64,000 bases of DNA from Eledone cirrhosa (lineage: Eukaryota), in NCBI GenBank assembly GCA_964016885.1, contig OZ024741.1:97278001-97342000 (forward strand), written 5' to 3'. The translations under genes were made by a program, and so were the position numbers. Of this stretch, positions 1 through 14,516 are shown in pieces. A model generated the notes under the pieces. The model saw only the letters and a list, made by a program, of their open reading frames with translations. It was not told the DNA's origin and made no database searches. Every line of letters begins with the position of its first letter. The first letter of the stretch is position 1.

Positions 1-87
1 GTTAACACATTCCGTCTTTCCTTACTACACAGAATAACTGCACATTTAATTGCAGAATATACACATTCGTACATATATGGACATATG

Positions 88-121
<34 letters not shown>

Positions 122-696
122 CACACAAAGACACACACACACACATATATATATATACACATTCATGCAAACATATATACATATTTACATGCATGTAAGT
201 ATGAATTTCTGTTCGATTAGTGAAAAACACGTGAATATGATTATATTCCAAGGTTTACTATTCAAACTTCCATCCGCATATCCATTTATCTATTGCTCTA
301 TACATCCATTCATCCATATATTATCCTAAAACCATTGAAAGAGATATTCTGTCATGAAATGAATTAGTACTGGTAAGTATTCGGTATACAATATATTATT
401 ACTTCGCGTAAAAAATAATTCATTATATATAGAATTTTTCTTAACTGCGTTCATGTCAAAATCTCATTCTGTCAAATACTTTCATTTTTTTTTTCATGAT
501 ATATTTCGCATTAAATCTAAACATGCACTCCACCACCACACACACACATACACATGTGTATTTTCTCTATGAAATATTGCAGATTTTATATTTATACACA
601 GATCCATGCACAAACTTGTATATACACACACACATGCACACATATATACGCACACATACATGCATAAAAACACAAACACACACATACGCATATATG

Positions 697-762
<66 letters not shown>

Positions 763-1212
763 CATAGGTATATATACATATAGGTATATATGTATTGATA
801 CATAAATACATACGTACATACATACACACGTATACACTCACGGAAAGATGCAGTAATGCGAATCAGATCACCTCCACGCATGGATAACTACTTTCATATG
901 GAACTTATTTATCGTATCACCTACGCCAAATGTATCAGAAATACTTCCACATGCACACATATCTCTCTCTCTATATATATATATATATGCTCATACACAT
1001 TGGAGATACTAGTTTCACGTGTATTCTGGCTTATATTCAAATATCGATTCAACCATTTTCTAAAATAACCAATGGCTAATCTTCCAAATCTTACATACCC
1101 ACGACACATTTCATGCAACTTCAACTGTTGCAAACAGTATTGATTTTTCTCTTAATTGTCACCTTTAAAACTCCACAGAAAATCTCTCTATAAAGACCGT
1201 AATGCCGCATTT

Positions 1213-1328
1213 TCTTCTTCTTCTTCTTCTTCTTCTTCTTCTTCTTCTTCTTCTTCTTCTTCTTCTTCTCCTTCTCCTCCTCCTCCTCCTCCTCCTTCTT
1301 CTTCTACTTCTTCTTCTTCTTCTTCTTC
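1213..1328. repeat. Compound (TTC)n/(CCT)n trinucleotide microsatellite
   Basis: Read directly; it produces the poly-Ser/Pro ORF 1156..1392. Confidence 0.95.
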
Positions 1329-1397
1329 CGATATTCAGTTGCTTTTGTGTGTTTTTTGTGTGATAAATATTTTGTTACTACACCGCTGCTAGATTGC

Positions 1398-1535
1398 AGG
1401 TTTGCAGAATCGCTCGAGTAATGGAGGATAAATTATTGTGGTAAGTAATTACATCCACTTACATATGGAGTTCAAATTTCGCTGATATCGACTTTATCTT
1501 TTTATCATTTGGTCTTCTATCAAATAAGTACCACA
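1398..1535 (+). mobile_element. Degenerate tRNA-derived SINE copy
   Basis: GAGTTCAAATTTCGCTGATATCGACTTT...AAATAAGTACCA resembles the better-preserved SINE at 21.7, 24.4 and 39.4 kb. Confidence 0.55.
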
Positions 1536-1859
1536 CAAGTATTGGACTTGACAAGCACTTATTTCTATTTAATCTTCTTTGATCTTCTTACAAACCCCTA
1601 TCATTATAGGAGCTATCTGTCCAATTAGAAGGAAAACAAAAAAGCACTTGCATATGACGTATTTGTGGTGAGTATAGCCGTTACGGATTTCTTTGCGTAG
1701 AAAATGGCCATACGACATTCACGATAGGACATGCTCATGAAAATCGTTCGACAGCGGTGGCACAACCTAGTAACATAGTCATACATTAGTATTCGGTGGA
1801 TTGCTGGAGTCACATGCAACCAAGCAGGTTTCTGTAGTATCTCAGCTTCACTTTATTAA

Positions 1860-3110
1860 ACCGTTTATAAAAAATGCAAGAAACTAAGAACAGTAGACTT
1901 AGATGCATTTGGACCGAGACAGACATCATTCTCAACAGGAGGGATGGAATGCATTGAAAAGCCGATTTCACAAGATGCAACAGTAGAAGTGATTGACTTC
2001 TTTGTAATCAATGGAAAAGTCTCTGGAACAGGCTGGTATAAACAACGAGTATTGCTGTTACATTTTAGGCATATCGTGAGAGCTGTCTGCTTAAACTGAA
2101 TATAGACAGGGAATATTCATCTCATGCAAATGTTTGACCTGAACAAATAAGACATAAAACGTCTCAACATTATCTCTGTTTAACACATTGTTGAAGGATT
2201 TTGGAGCGCTGTTCAAGAAGGAGTGGGGTTTGTCATCGACTGTGTAGTGGTAAACAAAATAAAGAAATGTCACTAGATATAAAGACGACCTCCTCAAACT
2301 CCTGATACGTGTAATTGAAGAAGCTAACACTATATGTTAATTCGATTAGACACTTATTTTTTTAATGTTTGCAGGACATCATCACCTACAGCTGTCCTTA
2401 CATCGACCTGTTTAGGAACCTTCTACACTGCTAGATGGTAATAAGAAATGTCTACGTATGGAACCGGTGAGAATTGCGTGCGTGATCAGTCGATGCCACC
2501 TCTTCAATCAGCTTTTGAATAATTTGCTGCTAAGTTTAACGAGTTTGAGAGGCATTATACTTAATGAGGTACAGAGGAGGCCTTTGTCAGCATGCGGGAT
2601 GTTTTCTACTGATATGCGCGATACATCGGAAATCGAAATGTTCGTCAACCTGTGTATTCTACACAGATATAGAGGAAGATATTGGTACTCCATTATGGGT
2701 GGTTTGAATATCGTCAGTTGGACCTAATATACGTTACTGCATCACATACAGGTCGGGAAATATGGATAATTTCCCAACCACTCTGGCCTGATAAAATTAT
2801 AGATCGGTTTGGCCTGTGCATGGAAACATCAATAAATATGATTGCACTGGGCATATGACAGGAAATGGAGCCATTGAAAGAAGCGGTGAATGAAGAGATC
2901 TTAAATGAATTTTGGTCTAGTAATTGGCTGTCTATTATGAAGATCTTCCAGAACAAAGACATCCATAAATAGATATGCTTTAAGAAAAATCAGAGACAGA
3001 GCACCGTAACTGATTTTGTTATTGTATCTGATCTCTTCGATTCTCTGCTGAATGTTCACGTTCAGAGAGAGGCTGAGTTGCCAACTGATCAACATCTAAT
3101 TATCTGCAGA
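1860..3110 (+). pseudogene. Heavily degraded coding-like transposon relic, possibly an EnSpm/CACTA-type transposase
   Basis: Higher-complexity, coding-like composition. Near 2780-2825 it reads PDKI.DRFG(P)VHG across a frameshift, similar to the CACTA H..D.I..FGP motif. No long ORF. Confidence 0.25.
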
Positions 3111-4077
3111 ATAACGTGGGAAGCACTGGTTGATAAGGAATTCTGGAGCATGCAAGTAGATACTATTGTATTCAAATTCTAGTGAGTACACAATCATATT
3201 TGGCAGACTGAATGAGCTGGCCTTAAACCCAACGAAAGTTAAGCATCCTCATGTGACTATTATATATATCACTATTATATATACATAACTATATATATAT
3301 AAACACACATACACAAATATATATATATTTGTGTGTGTGTGTGTCTGTGCCTCTATGTGCCTGTGTGTCTCTGCGTGTATGTGTGTAAGTATATGCATAT
3401 GCGTATTCCTATACATTAAAATATATGTATGTGTGTCTCTTTGTGTATCTGTTTATGATCTCTGTTTCGTAATATGAAATATTTGCCTTCATATTTATAC
3501 ATTAGTGAATACATTTGTTTAAATATATAGATACGTATAGGTAATCACTTTTGTACGAGTTTGTGTGAAACAATATTTTAGATACATTTGTGAAAATATT
3601 ACATATCAAATATTTCATTTTTACTATTTATTCCAGTTAAATTATTTACATCATAGATGGAATACTTTTTTCGGAATTTTCTTTGTAATGGAAAATAATA
3701 TATACTGAATGTCTGATCTGTATTGGCTATTTCAAAATGGATCTTCTCCGTTCGGTATATATTAGACAGGTATTCGTAGAAAATGTTGAAGGTGATGATT
3801 TGTCATTGATATTGATTTTATATATATATATATATATATATACGTGTGTGTGTGTGTGTGTTTGTGTGTGTATGTGCGCGCATGTGTGGCCTTAATGTTT
3901 ATTGTATACATGTAGCATGACACTATTGATATATATGGAGTGAAGCTTAGACAGAAAAATAAAGCGTAGCTATAATGTATACTTTGTGTGTGACAAGTTT
4001 TTATTTACAGCTATAGGTCAGATTTATTTCGCAAACGTCAATTTAAGGCTATAAACCATCATATATACATATAATCT

Positions 4078-4256
<179 letters not shown>

Positions 4257-4459
4257 CTTGTTTCGCCTAAATTGTCTTCTTCGTACACACACACACACAC
4301 ACACACAGATATATATGTATGTGTGTGTGCGTGTGTGTATGTGTGTGTATGTGTGTTCGTGTGTGTATGTGTATGTGAGTGTGTGTGTGTGTGTGTGTAT
4401 AAGCTTGTTTGAAAAACCTAAACAGAAATAGCAAAGCAGATGACACAATACACAGAAGA

Positions 4460-5030
4460 GATATATTAGTTTTTCGCTTGATATAATAGGAAAAAGATTC
4501 TTAAATTTCGAGACGCTAGTCCATCGTCAGAAAATAGTATGAGAAATTAAAGAAGAAATAGAAAGATAGAAGGGAGTGAGCAGTGGCAAAAACGAAAAGG
4601 TTTATGTCGCCATCTATTAGAAAACTTTAGAATTCAGTGTTGTATAAGAAGTTCTGATTGTCGTGTTTTACAAGGCGGTGGTCGAAGGCATCAGTATCGT
4701 CCTGAAAAAGAAAATTAACCTTTAGTGTATAGATTGGATATGTAGCTGTCTAAGTATGTGTGTGTGTGTGCTTTTTGTTTGTATGTAAGAAGCTCTGAGG
4801 ATGTGTTTGTGTCGGGGTAAATTGTTGGTCCATACAGAGCTGCAAGTGTCTGTGTGTAGGTGTTTGTGATTGTAACAGAACCAGAGTAACCTTGGGGATG
4901 AATGTGTGCACCCGTGTGTGACAGCAGACGTGGTAGGTGTACGAAAGAATACGCAAGTGTATGTGTGCAAGAGTAAATATTGATTAAAGTAATTAGTGAG
5001 GTGAGTGGTTTCCATTAAGGAAACTGGATC
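4460..5030 (-). mobile_element. Degenerate PLE 3' end (CA-rich UTR plus hammerhead-like motif)
   Basis: Minus strand reads CTGACGA-tggac-tagc-gtctc-GAAA at 4498-4534, preceded by a CA-rich tract like the other PLE 3' UTRs here. Confidence 0.45.
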
Positions 5031-5083
5031 TAAGGGGTGAAATCAGGCTCTATACACACACAGTCACTCACACACAAACACGT

Positions 5084-5293
<210 letters not shown>

Positions 5294-5660
5294 ACATATT
5301 GTCGCAAAACACGCAGATAGCTATGTTGATATCAGATAACTGTAAATAATAAGGGAACTTAACGCGATTTTCCCATTAGTTCGGAGGGCTGGTGCTAAGC
5401 GCAGATTGCTATAGTCACAATAACTAGTACAGCTCATATAATGAGAGGTTTCAAATATTTATTGCTATAGTCTCTATCATTTATACCTTTTTGGTGTTAC
5501 CATCGGTGGCGTCTACGTATATTTTAAAGTCTTAAAGTCTTGGGAGTGACATTTACTTTGGTGTTATGTAACAGAAGACGCAATTATTACATGTGTTCTT
5601 TAACCCGTATATATAATATCCAAAGTGTGCTACCAACGTATGAACATCAACATCTGTTCT

Positions 5661-5729
<69 letters not shown>

Positions 5730-7794
5730 TTAGAGACAGACATACACACACATACTCTTTTACCTCTGCCATCCACATATTGTTTTCTTTGTGTGGGAGG
5801 TTAATTTATTCTGCAGTTAATCAAGCTCAAATATATATCTTTATAATTTGCAATTCAGGGCGACCATCCACATGTATACGTACTCTATAACTTGCTGCTA
5901 TAATGTTCATGCAATTAAAACTTTGGTCAATAATTCCCAATAATTTAAACATCGACAATGAAATGATAATTCAATTACTAACAAAAGTAACACGAACATT
6001 TATTAGTTAAATTCATGGGTACTTTTCGTATGTTAAGAATAGCAGACATATTGTGTAAATCTATGAGGGGAAGATTATGGTAATGTAAGGTTCCGTAACT
6101 TCTGGTGGAGTCATAAGGGTGCCGTATTTTCATACGGCGCTTCTTGGCCATTTTTTTTTCAAGGCGGAACTCAACTCTATCCAGGTCCGAGTACAGCATA
6201 TTTCTTCCACAGAAGGGTAACAATTGAAAGAGTGGAAGTGAGAAAGATATCTGGAGGAAAATCGACCCTACTACTAAACTGGTACTTTATTACCGACCTC
6301 GAAGGTATGTATCGCAATGATGACCTTGCAGAGAGCAAGAGCCAATACCACAAAGCAATTTATCCGACGTTCTGACGACTATGCCAATTCGCCGCCTTAT
6401 GGGGCAAGGAGTAGCTGAAATTAATGAATCAAAAATACTTAATATAAATTAAATAAATAAATACATAAACCAAAAATCATTCAGAAAAATATTTAATTGT
6501 TGTCAAAGGCTTCGAAGAATGATACAATAACAAAGTTGAACACAGATATACAGAAAATATAAATTGAAAATTAGAAACCAGTATTGCTGAAAGAAATAGG
6601 ATTCTAATAATTCATATTTCATTGGTCTTCAGAGACATGACATCTACAGGAAATAACAATATGAATATTGTAATATAGTCGGATTGAAGGAAAGTTTAGA
6701 TGATGTGGTAACTTGTATCTTCAATTTCCGATTTTTTGTAATATGATAGAAAACCTTATAAAATTAAAAGAAGAACATACAAATACCTAGCGTAAACTTA
6801 GAATCATGCAGATGGAGCAGGCGATATCTTGTTCGTTTAACAATGTCATATCTATCGACATGTAGATATACAAATGAACATGTGAGAGAAGGTGAAAACA
6901 AAACCTTTTCCTATACACGTAACGCTAGTCAAGCGATGTAAAAGAATCCACAATGAAATTAGTACGTGAAAATGTGCGCAAGGAACCTGCTACTTCAAAG
7001 ATCGAAAGGTAATCGTATTCTGTCCTTTCGGAAACCACTAATTCCCTTCAATAATATATGTTTTATTTCTGTTTATTCACTAGTAGTTCGTTCTATATCA
7101 ATACGCATGATAATGTTTGCTCTGCATCCGACTGAATGGCAGGCAAAACCTGTCGTTAATATAGACGACATTATTTAATGTGTTTTTCTGCGATAAATAT
7201 GTTGTAATTATAAATATATATTATGTATACACTATGCTCAGGTCCTCGCCCTGTTCAGCATGAACATACATTTCCTTGGTCCTTTTAGTGAAGTTTCATC
7301 TGTTGTAGAGTTGCACCGATGAATCGGTAGGTAGTCGCTATGGTCCATATTTGCTGAAAAATCGGAATCAGGTTTTTGGCTGATGAAAGTATTTTGATAA
7401 TTAGCCATCATGTTTTTTGTATTTTTGTTATTATTGATAGGCTCGTATACAACAGCAGAAAACTATTTGCGACAGAAAGAATCAGAAAACAGATTTAACA
7501 AGTATGGACACATAATGTACATGTTATTTCCTAAAGCACACATTCTAACACAGTAGTGTATTATAATTCAATTCATTTCCTTGAAAGCTCGGACCTACCC
7601 AACTGTAATATATTTGAGACTGTCTAGCGGGAGTAACTACCCAAAATTCACAGTGTAAAACAAGGCAACAGTGAGTTACTCCTACTCACTTGAGACGATA
7701 TGTTTTAAGCGATCTTTAAATAGAAACTATTTAAGACGTAATGATTCTAATTACATATCTATTTAAACGTTTCAAAAGATTTCTAGCAATAAGG

Positions 7795-7945
7795 GTTTAT
7801 AAATTTGGCACAAATCTAGAACATTTGTGACGAAAGGAATGCTGATTAAATATTAGTAGTACTTCACTGGCATTTTATTTATTGATCTTGAGGGGATGAA
7901 AATCAAAGTCGACTTCGGTTGCTTTTAAGCACAGAATGTACAGAG
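7795..7945 (-). mobile_element. Degenerate tRNA-derived SINE copy
   Basis: Reverse complement of SINE landmarks: TTTGGCACAA, ACTGG-ATTTTATTT, GGATGAAA..CAAAGTCGAC. Confidence 0.5.
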
Positions 7946-10294
7946 CCCAAACACATACAAATGCTAGTCCAACACACTATCAAATTATCCAATACATCAC
8001 CTCCACAATACTAGGAAAATATTATATATTATATATGCAATATAACGTCCATGAAGATTACTTAACTTCTCCTAGTCCCTGCACTTGTAGGAGAAGTATA
8101 ACAGGAACAAATTGACAAAATGCGTTTTGGGGGAAACTGCTGTATCAATCATTGGCTTTTTGCACTAAAAATAATTAGAATTATTTGAAGCACCCTTCGC
8201 AATGCCAGTAGTTAAGGGAATATATCCTTATCATATTTCTGAATATCAAAATGCACTTTATGAAATAAAGTGCGCTCATTTCTCTAATGAAATTATGGAT
8301 CTCATCAGGCCGATTACCTTTAATGTCCCATGCCGTTTTCAGTTCGGCAATAACCGTTTCAGTTTTTCAATAAATATCGTTTGTGTCATGGCAGAATACA
8401 TATTTTTGTCGCTGAACATCCAACCTCTGTGTTTTCTTTTTCCTGTTATCAGTTTCGTTTAAAGATTCTTCGGCGTAAATTTTTTACGATTGTTCATTAG
8501 ATATCTTGACGAAAATATCATTAATATTATCCACTTTAAAATGTTCTATGCAATACTTGAAGTTCTAAGCCCATTAAAAATATGTTTCAATACTATTTTG
8601 CAATAAATTCTGCCAAATCGAAATTAGCCTATCTTGTGATAGCTGAAGAAAGTATGGAAATATGTATATCTGCCAGCGAGGGGCAACCCATGAGCGATGG
8701 CCTCTTCTCCCATTCCCCCTCACCAGTATGCCATGCATATTTCGTCTTATTTTCTAATTAATTGCTGCACAAACGCATGTAAAATTGCATTATACAAATT
8801 TGTTGGGCAATTTTAATTATAATATTTCTCCTACGATACATTTATATTTCTGGTGAATCTGAGAATTTGTTAATGTTATATTAATTTTCATTTTGTGGTT
8901 CTTTTTACAAATTGATGAGTTGATTAACAATTGCAGAAATGAGTAATTTATTCGAATCAGATGTTAAATTAACATTATTATTTCCAGTTTATTTTCATTA
9001 GACCATTAATATTTTCTTACGGGAATTAACACCTTATTATTGCTGCTTAATGTTTTATATGTCAAAATCTTCTTCTAGGATGCTTTCCTCGACGGTATTT
9101 TGTTCTAAATGTTATCTAATAGCTATCATTAATTCATAAACAACCGATGAAACTATTCGCAACTGTGTTTTTTAGAAAACTGCTTTAAGTATGTTTGAGG
9201 TTCCCATAACAATTATATGCCATCAATTCATATCAATAAAACCTCGGTCGTTTATACTTAGCGCCTGGTATTGTAAATTTTGTATATGGTAATATTCATA
9301 TTTTAATGTGCGAGATAGTTACATTTTATCAGCTTGGACTGTGAAAGCTTAAATATATATTTTAAACCAAGCACTATAACACTTTACTTCCCAATCTACT
9401 GAGCTTTTTATGGTATTTCGATACTCCCCACATTGTCATTGAAAATTATTTTATTCAGTGTCTTGAAATAGGATAGGTTACATTTGCTAAAAGTACACAT
9501 TTATATTGTAATCTTATACTGGAAATATGAAAGAAAGCGCGCAATTAGAAAAAAACATAAAAAGAATTAAAAAAACATACATAAAATTATCTATTTCAAG
9601 ATTTGAATGATTTTAATTCAATAAAGATAGCTGAAAGATAAATGTTCGACTACATACATCCTTTCGACAGAAGTGATACGCCAATAACTTACAGCTTGAT
9701 TGAAAATCCGATAACCTAGATCTTTAGTCAAATAGGTGCCTAACCACAGCGCCAGTTTAATTAAATTACACCAGAGATAAATCAGTATCTATTACAGTAT
9801 TGCAAATTTATAGTCGAGCTCTTTGTGGAATGATGTATCTTTTACCGCGTAGATTTATTTCTTAAATGTCTTTATATTTCTTTATATTTCTATGACTAAT
9901 GGAGGTTGAGAGAGGGTTCGTTTATAAGAATGCCAATATATATAGAGAAAATAAGGGCATAAATAAATAAATAATTAAAGACGGACAGAAATAAATCTAT
10001 AATTTAGTAATATTATAAATATTTAAGCAATAAAAAATGCCATTAGCTATTATATATATTTTAATAGGCTGTATTAAATCGCATGAGATGAATGGGGGAG
10101 GCTTGCAATACAGTGTATTTAAATATTAATCTAAGACTATACCACTCAAGCTCTCATTCAGCTAAATAGTTATCAACTTAACAAATACTCTTATTAAACC
10201 GACCACGCACTGTGGATCAGTTAATTGATGCCTATCACGTTATATAATCTCAGACATGGACATTTTCCCTTTTCTATATAAAGAAAGGATGTAT

Positions 10295-10346
<52 letters not shown>

Positions 10347-10830
10347 TTAAAATAACACGTGGGGGCACATACAGGAAACGGATAACACAGAAGCGACAAC
10401 TACATAGTCCAGTAGTCGGCAACTAATCCGAAGTTCCCACCAGACACTGGATTGATTAGGAGAGTAAGTGCATTCCCAGTAGCACAAAAAAGATCAAGAG
10501 CAGTTAAAGGGGCGGATGAACTCCTCAGAATCAACGGCCATCAATCCAACTATAGGTTAAATAGCCTCACCAAATTGTAATTGTCTAAACATGATGAGTT
10601 GGAGAACAAATGAATGGATAGTGCAATCAGTACGTCATACAGACTTTGTGTATTTGGATTAAGAATTTGATTTCACTCCATTGTAACGGCGTTTTCATGA
10701 TGAGAACACGTCTAAATCAGTAGCCGCATTTCATTCTTATATTTTTCTTCTTTTGCAAAGAAGTGTTTAACTAAAACATCGGATATATCTTTCTCTTCAT
10801 TCGACGGTATTACTTATATTTTATGGAGGG

Positions 10831-10980
10831 ACCGTCCTGACAAAGGCCAGTCAAGCCTGAAATGCATAGACGGTTGTTCCCCTTGCTTCTGCTGGACACC
10901 AGCAGAGGGCGTTAGCCCAGGTGTTTGCATAGCTACGGCTTCCTAAAAACGTATTTCTTTAGAAATACGAAATTTCTATA
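10831..10980 (+). mobile_element. pLTR-like fragment with minimal hammerhead (family of 21.9-22.8 kb)
   Basis: accgtc CTGACAA aggc-cagtcaa-gcct GAAA TGCAT A gacggt; the downstream sequence matches 22290-22410 and 22620-22730. Confidence 0.75.
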
Positions 10981-11007
10981 CATACACACACATATACCCC
11001 CCCCCCC

Positions 11008-11052
<45 letters not shown>

Positions 11053-11139
11053 GTAATAATAATAAATTCACATTTAAAATCAAAAAAGGGCTCGATAAGA
11101 ATAAACGTATATCAAATATATAAAAACCCTAGAGCAAAT

Positions 11140-11250
11140 ATTTATTAAAATAATAGATTAAAGTTTAAGCAGATAATCGCTGCTTTCACTCTTAACGGTG
11201 AAAGCGGCGATTCTGTGCTTAAAATTTAATCTGTTATTTTGATAAATAAA
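11140..11250. repeat. Imperfect ~50-bp inverted repeat (hairpin) between TA-rich tracts
   Basis: TTTATTAAAATAATAGATTAAAG...GCTGCTTTCAC pairs with GTGAAAGCGGCGATT...TTTAATCTGTTATTTTGATAAA. A related sequence lies at 30128-30180. Confidence 0.8.
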
Positions 11251-11274
11251 TATACATATATATATATACATATA

Positions 11275-11456
11275 ACGAAGGAAATGTGGTAAGGAACCAG
11301 ATGGACCATAACGCACAAAAGTACTCAATGTTTAGGGTAGTAGAGTGGGTAATAGGAACAAGTATGACCCCGACGGCAGAGCTCAAGCCGTTTCGACGGC
11401 TAATTCTGCACTAAAAAAATAGTCTTGAGCTCTGCCGTCAGGGTCATACTTGTTCC

Positions 11457-11459
<3 letters not shown>
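11275..11459 (-). mobile_element. Mini fold-back element in (TA)n (family also at 47187-47348)
   Basis: ATAGGAACAAGTATGACCCCGACGGCAGAGCTCAAG is inverted at 11424-11459; the left tail carries GTACTCAA; TA tracts flank both sides. Confidence 0.75.
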
Positions 11460-11494
<35 letters not shown>

Positions 11495-12689
11495 TAGAAG
11501 TGGTTACACAACAGTTACTTCAACATACCGAGAACAATTGTTTCACATTAGCGGATCCTCAGCTCAGAATGGGAATGGTTATAGGAACAAGAAGGACAAC
11601 CGTAAAAAACGCGCATGCGCAGAAACCTGGTCACTTCACAAGGCAATACTAGAATGCGTTCCCGAGGTGTAAGGGAGATAACTGCGGAAGTCCGAAAAGT
11701 CTTTAGTTAAAAAATAAAATTACAAAGAATCAGTCCGGAGTCTTGTAGTTATGCAATAGGCGTTTGGCGACGTGTGGACAACGTGTGTAAAATTCATTCT
11801 CGTGTTTAGGCAATCACTATTGCGTAATCTCTTTAGAATAGTTATTCATTCGTCAATGCATACGCCACCCGTCGGATTCCCCCTTGCGTATGGATTGGAC
11901 TTAGTGATGGCTTTCCATTGAATGGGGTAGTCTATACTTGAGTCCTTAAGGAGCCATACGTGGCTCGCGAGTTTCGTGGATGTACGTCTGTTCGGGTACC
12001 TGAAGGTAGACTGGTGGTTCAGGAAAACGTTCCTTAAATCAACCCTCCATCATGCCCACATAGGATTTGACCTTCTGTGGTAGGTTTGGTCGGTTGAAGG
12101 GGGCAAGCTTCAAGCTTACGGCAAGAGAACCCTGGTGGGATGTTGCTCTTAGGGCTGCTGCTGATGTGGGCCTTCATGTTCTTAGCGCAGGAGTATCCTA
12201 GTTTAGCTTTATGTCGGTTAAAGTGGAGCGGCATTTATCACCTATGGGAAAGTGTCTATCTAAGAAGGCTAGAAATGTTTTTCCTACATTAGTTTTAACG
12301 TTGAGTGAGGAGGGAGGAGAGAACCAGATAGTTTGTCTATTGTTGCGCTTACTTTTCTTAATGGTGTTGTTGCTAGTGGGGGAGTAAGTGATAGATTATA
12401 AGAAGCCGCTGTTAGCCAACGCCATGTTATAGTAGGGTGCCGCCCTGTCAAAGATAGCCTTATTAGAGGAGAGGTTTGAAATTCTAGTACTGATATTCTT
12501 AACGATGTTTCTAAAAACAGAGGGAGGGTGGCATGAGTCATGTAATTTAGTTTCTCGTTTAGCTTATGGAAGGGTCTGTGGGTGTGTGTGCGAAGGTCTC
12601 AATTAATGTCTTAGAAATCTACGCTAGAGAGGTTAGTGGCTATTGTTATCCTAAGTCCTAACTCATTGAAGGTAGAAGCTAAGTCTTTT

Positions 12690-13493
12690 TTAAAACCGGT
12701 CGAGGTCTTGACCACTTTTATGGCTCGATAAAGTTAGTCCAAGGTCGCGGTATATTCCCGTGTGGAAGTCCGGGAATCTAACACGTAATATGTCTAAGAT
12801 GAATAGGCCAACCAAGTCACATACGTCAGCACTGTCAAACGATCCCACGGAGACGTCGAATAGGTCTGAAGTTGTAGACGTCTTTGCCCAGGCTACTCCG
12901 TCGTTGAAGAGGAGGGTTTTCCGGCAGTGAGCAATAATTTCACTGTCTAAACCATCGACGGTGGTATAAGTGGTAGCGAAGTCCAACAGGGTCTCTGAGA
13001 TCGACGGGTAAAAATCGACAATGTCAAACTGTGTGAACTTCGCTTTTTGGGATTTTAAGGAGTTAAACCACTTAATTACGGAGTCGCTGTTCTCCCACTG
13101 GGGAAGGTTGGACTTGGTCCTAATGGTCTTAACTATGTTTCTAAGTATGGCCTTACTGACTAGTCCCATATCTGTGCGTGCCGGGTTTATTAGTCTACAT
13201 GTGGGGTTAGAAGTAAAGTCTACCTTGTGATCTTTCAGGGTGAGGAACGCCTCCCGCTTAGCTAGAGATTGTAGTTTCTTATCTACCTTAAGGTCGTCAG
13301 CAAGTTCCTTGGCTGCTGTATTAATGTCGTGGTAGGCCATAGGGTTAGCTTTCTTATATTTAGAAGTAATAGCGTTATGGGCCAGGTGGCGGAAAGTGGT
13401 GTTGTCGACTTCGTAAATATTATTTGTTTTGTCGGAAAGAACGTTAGTGTGTTTGCGAAAGGAAATGTTAGCGACTAAGTAAACAAGGTCCAT
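12690..13493 (-). pseudogene. PLE reverse transcriptase, disrupted
   Basis: LKDHK, CRLINP, QFDIVDFYPSI, GSFDSADVCDLVG and YRDLGL (catalytic DD degraded). An N-terminal piece continues in ORF 13518..13700. Confidence 0.9.
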
Positions 13494-13680
13494 CTCGAAA
13501 GGAGCAAGTTCAGTTACCTAAGGAGGGTAGGCTCTCGATTTCAGGTTGAAGGTGTTGTTGGTGTCTGTAATTTTGCCATCAAAAGATAGAGCTCGACATC
13601 TTAAGCGTCTGACGACATCTTCCGCTATTTGTAGGAGGAGCTTTTGGTAAACATGGTTGGAGTTTAAAAGTTCTTCCACC

Positions 13681-14169
13681 AGCAGCCCTAGGAGCAACAC
13701 CCCACCAGGGTGCTCTTGCCGTAAGCCTGAAGCTTGCCCCCTTCAACAGCAATGCAACAAACTATCTGTAATTTACGAAGCTGTGGGCACTTCCAACCGA
13801 CCAAACGAACCACAGGATGTCAAATCCTATGTGGGCATAGCGAAGGGTCGATTTAAGGAACGTTTCCTGAGCCACCAGTCTAACTCCAGGTACCCGGACA
13901 GACGTTCATCCACGAAACTCGCGAGCCACGTATGGTCCAACAAGGACTCAAGTATAGACTACTCTATTCAATGGAAAGCCATCACTAAGTCCAAGCCATA
14001 CGCAAGGGGAAATGCGACGTGTGGCTTATGTATTTACGAACGAATAACTATTCTAAAGAGATTACGCAATAGTGATTGCCTAAACACGAGAATGAATTTT
14101 ACACACGTTGTCCACACGTCGCCAAACGCCTATTGCATAATTACAAGACTCCGGACTGATTCTTTGTAA
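13681..14169 (+). pseudogene. PLE GIY-YIG endonuclease fragment with CxCx5Cx5C and C-terminal CxxC
   Basis: CSCRKPEACPLQQQC, VIYEA, SYVGIA, FKERF and CGLC in ORF 13657..14169. Confidence 0.9.
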
Positions 14170-14315
14170 TTTTATTTTTCAACAAAAAACTTTTCGGACT
14201 TTCGCAGTTATCTCCCTTACACCCCTCGCACGCATTCTAGTATTGCCTGTGTGAAGTGACCGGGTTTCTGCGCATGCGCGTTCGTACGGTTGCCCTTCCT
14301 GTTTCTATAATCATG

Positions 14316-14365
14316 CCCATTCCGAGCTGAGGATCCGTAAGGTGAAACAATTGTACACGGTATGG
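14316..14365 (+). ncRNA. Minimal type I hammerhead ribozyme in pLTR (inverse copy 11527-11573)
   Basis: ccgag CTGAGGA tcc-gtaa-ggt GAAAC AATT GTA cacgg; palindromic stem III ACAATTGT. Confidence 0.75.
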
Positions 14366-14481
14366 TGAACTAACTGTTGTGTAACCACTTCTACCTAACT
14401 CGTCCCATGGACTGAGTGCTCTACCACTACGGATATTACCTTCCAGTTTCCACCACTATATATATATATATATATATATAT

Positions 14482-14516
<35 letters not shown>

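Larger units (their letters stand above)
11495..14456. mobile_element. Penelope-like retroelement (Naiad-like), inverted configuration: long minus copy 11495-13680 plus short plus copy 13681-14456
   Basis: About 11495-12162 is the reverse complement of 13681-14393. RT and GIY-YIG ORF remnants, a hammerhead in each arm, (TA)n/(GA)n flanks. Confidence 0.92.

Noticed and set aside
494-881. YI/CV/HT-rich ORFs here and throughout the ORF track
   Set aside because: They are translations of (TA)n/(CA)n microsatellites, not genes.
1399-1446. AG...GTAAGT pair resembling a small exon
   Set aside because: It overlaps a degenerate SINE head and has no supporting neighbouring exons.
5978-6223. Minus ORF with vague coding-like character
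   Set aside because: No recognisable motif; too short to assign.
7235-7370. Possible terminal exon on the minus strand (TTTTTCAG acceptor, 37 codons)
   Set aside because: No homology recognised and no partner exons; needs RNA-seq.
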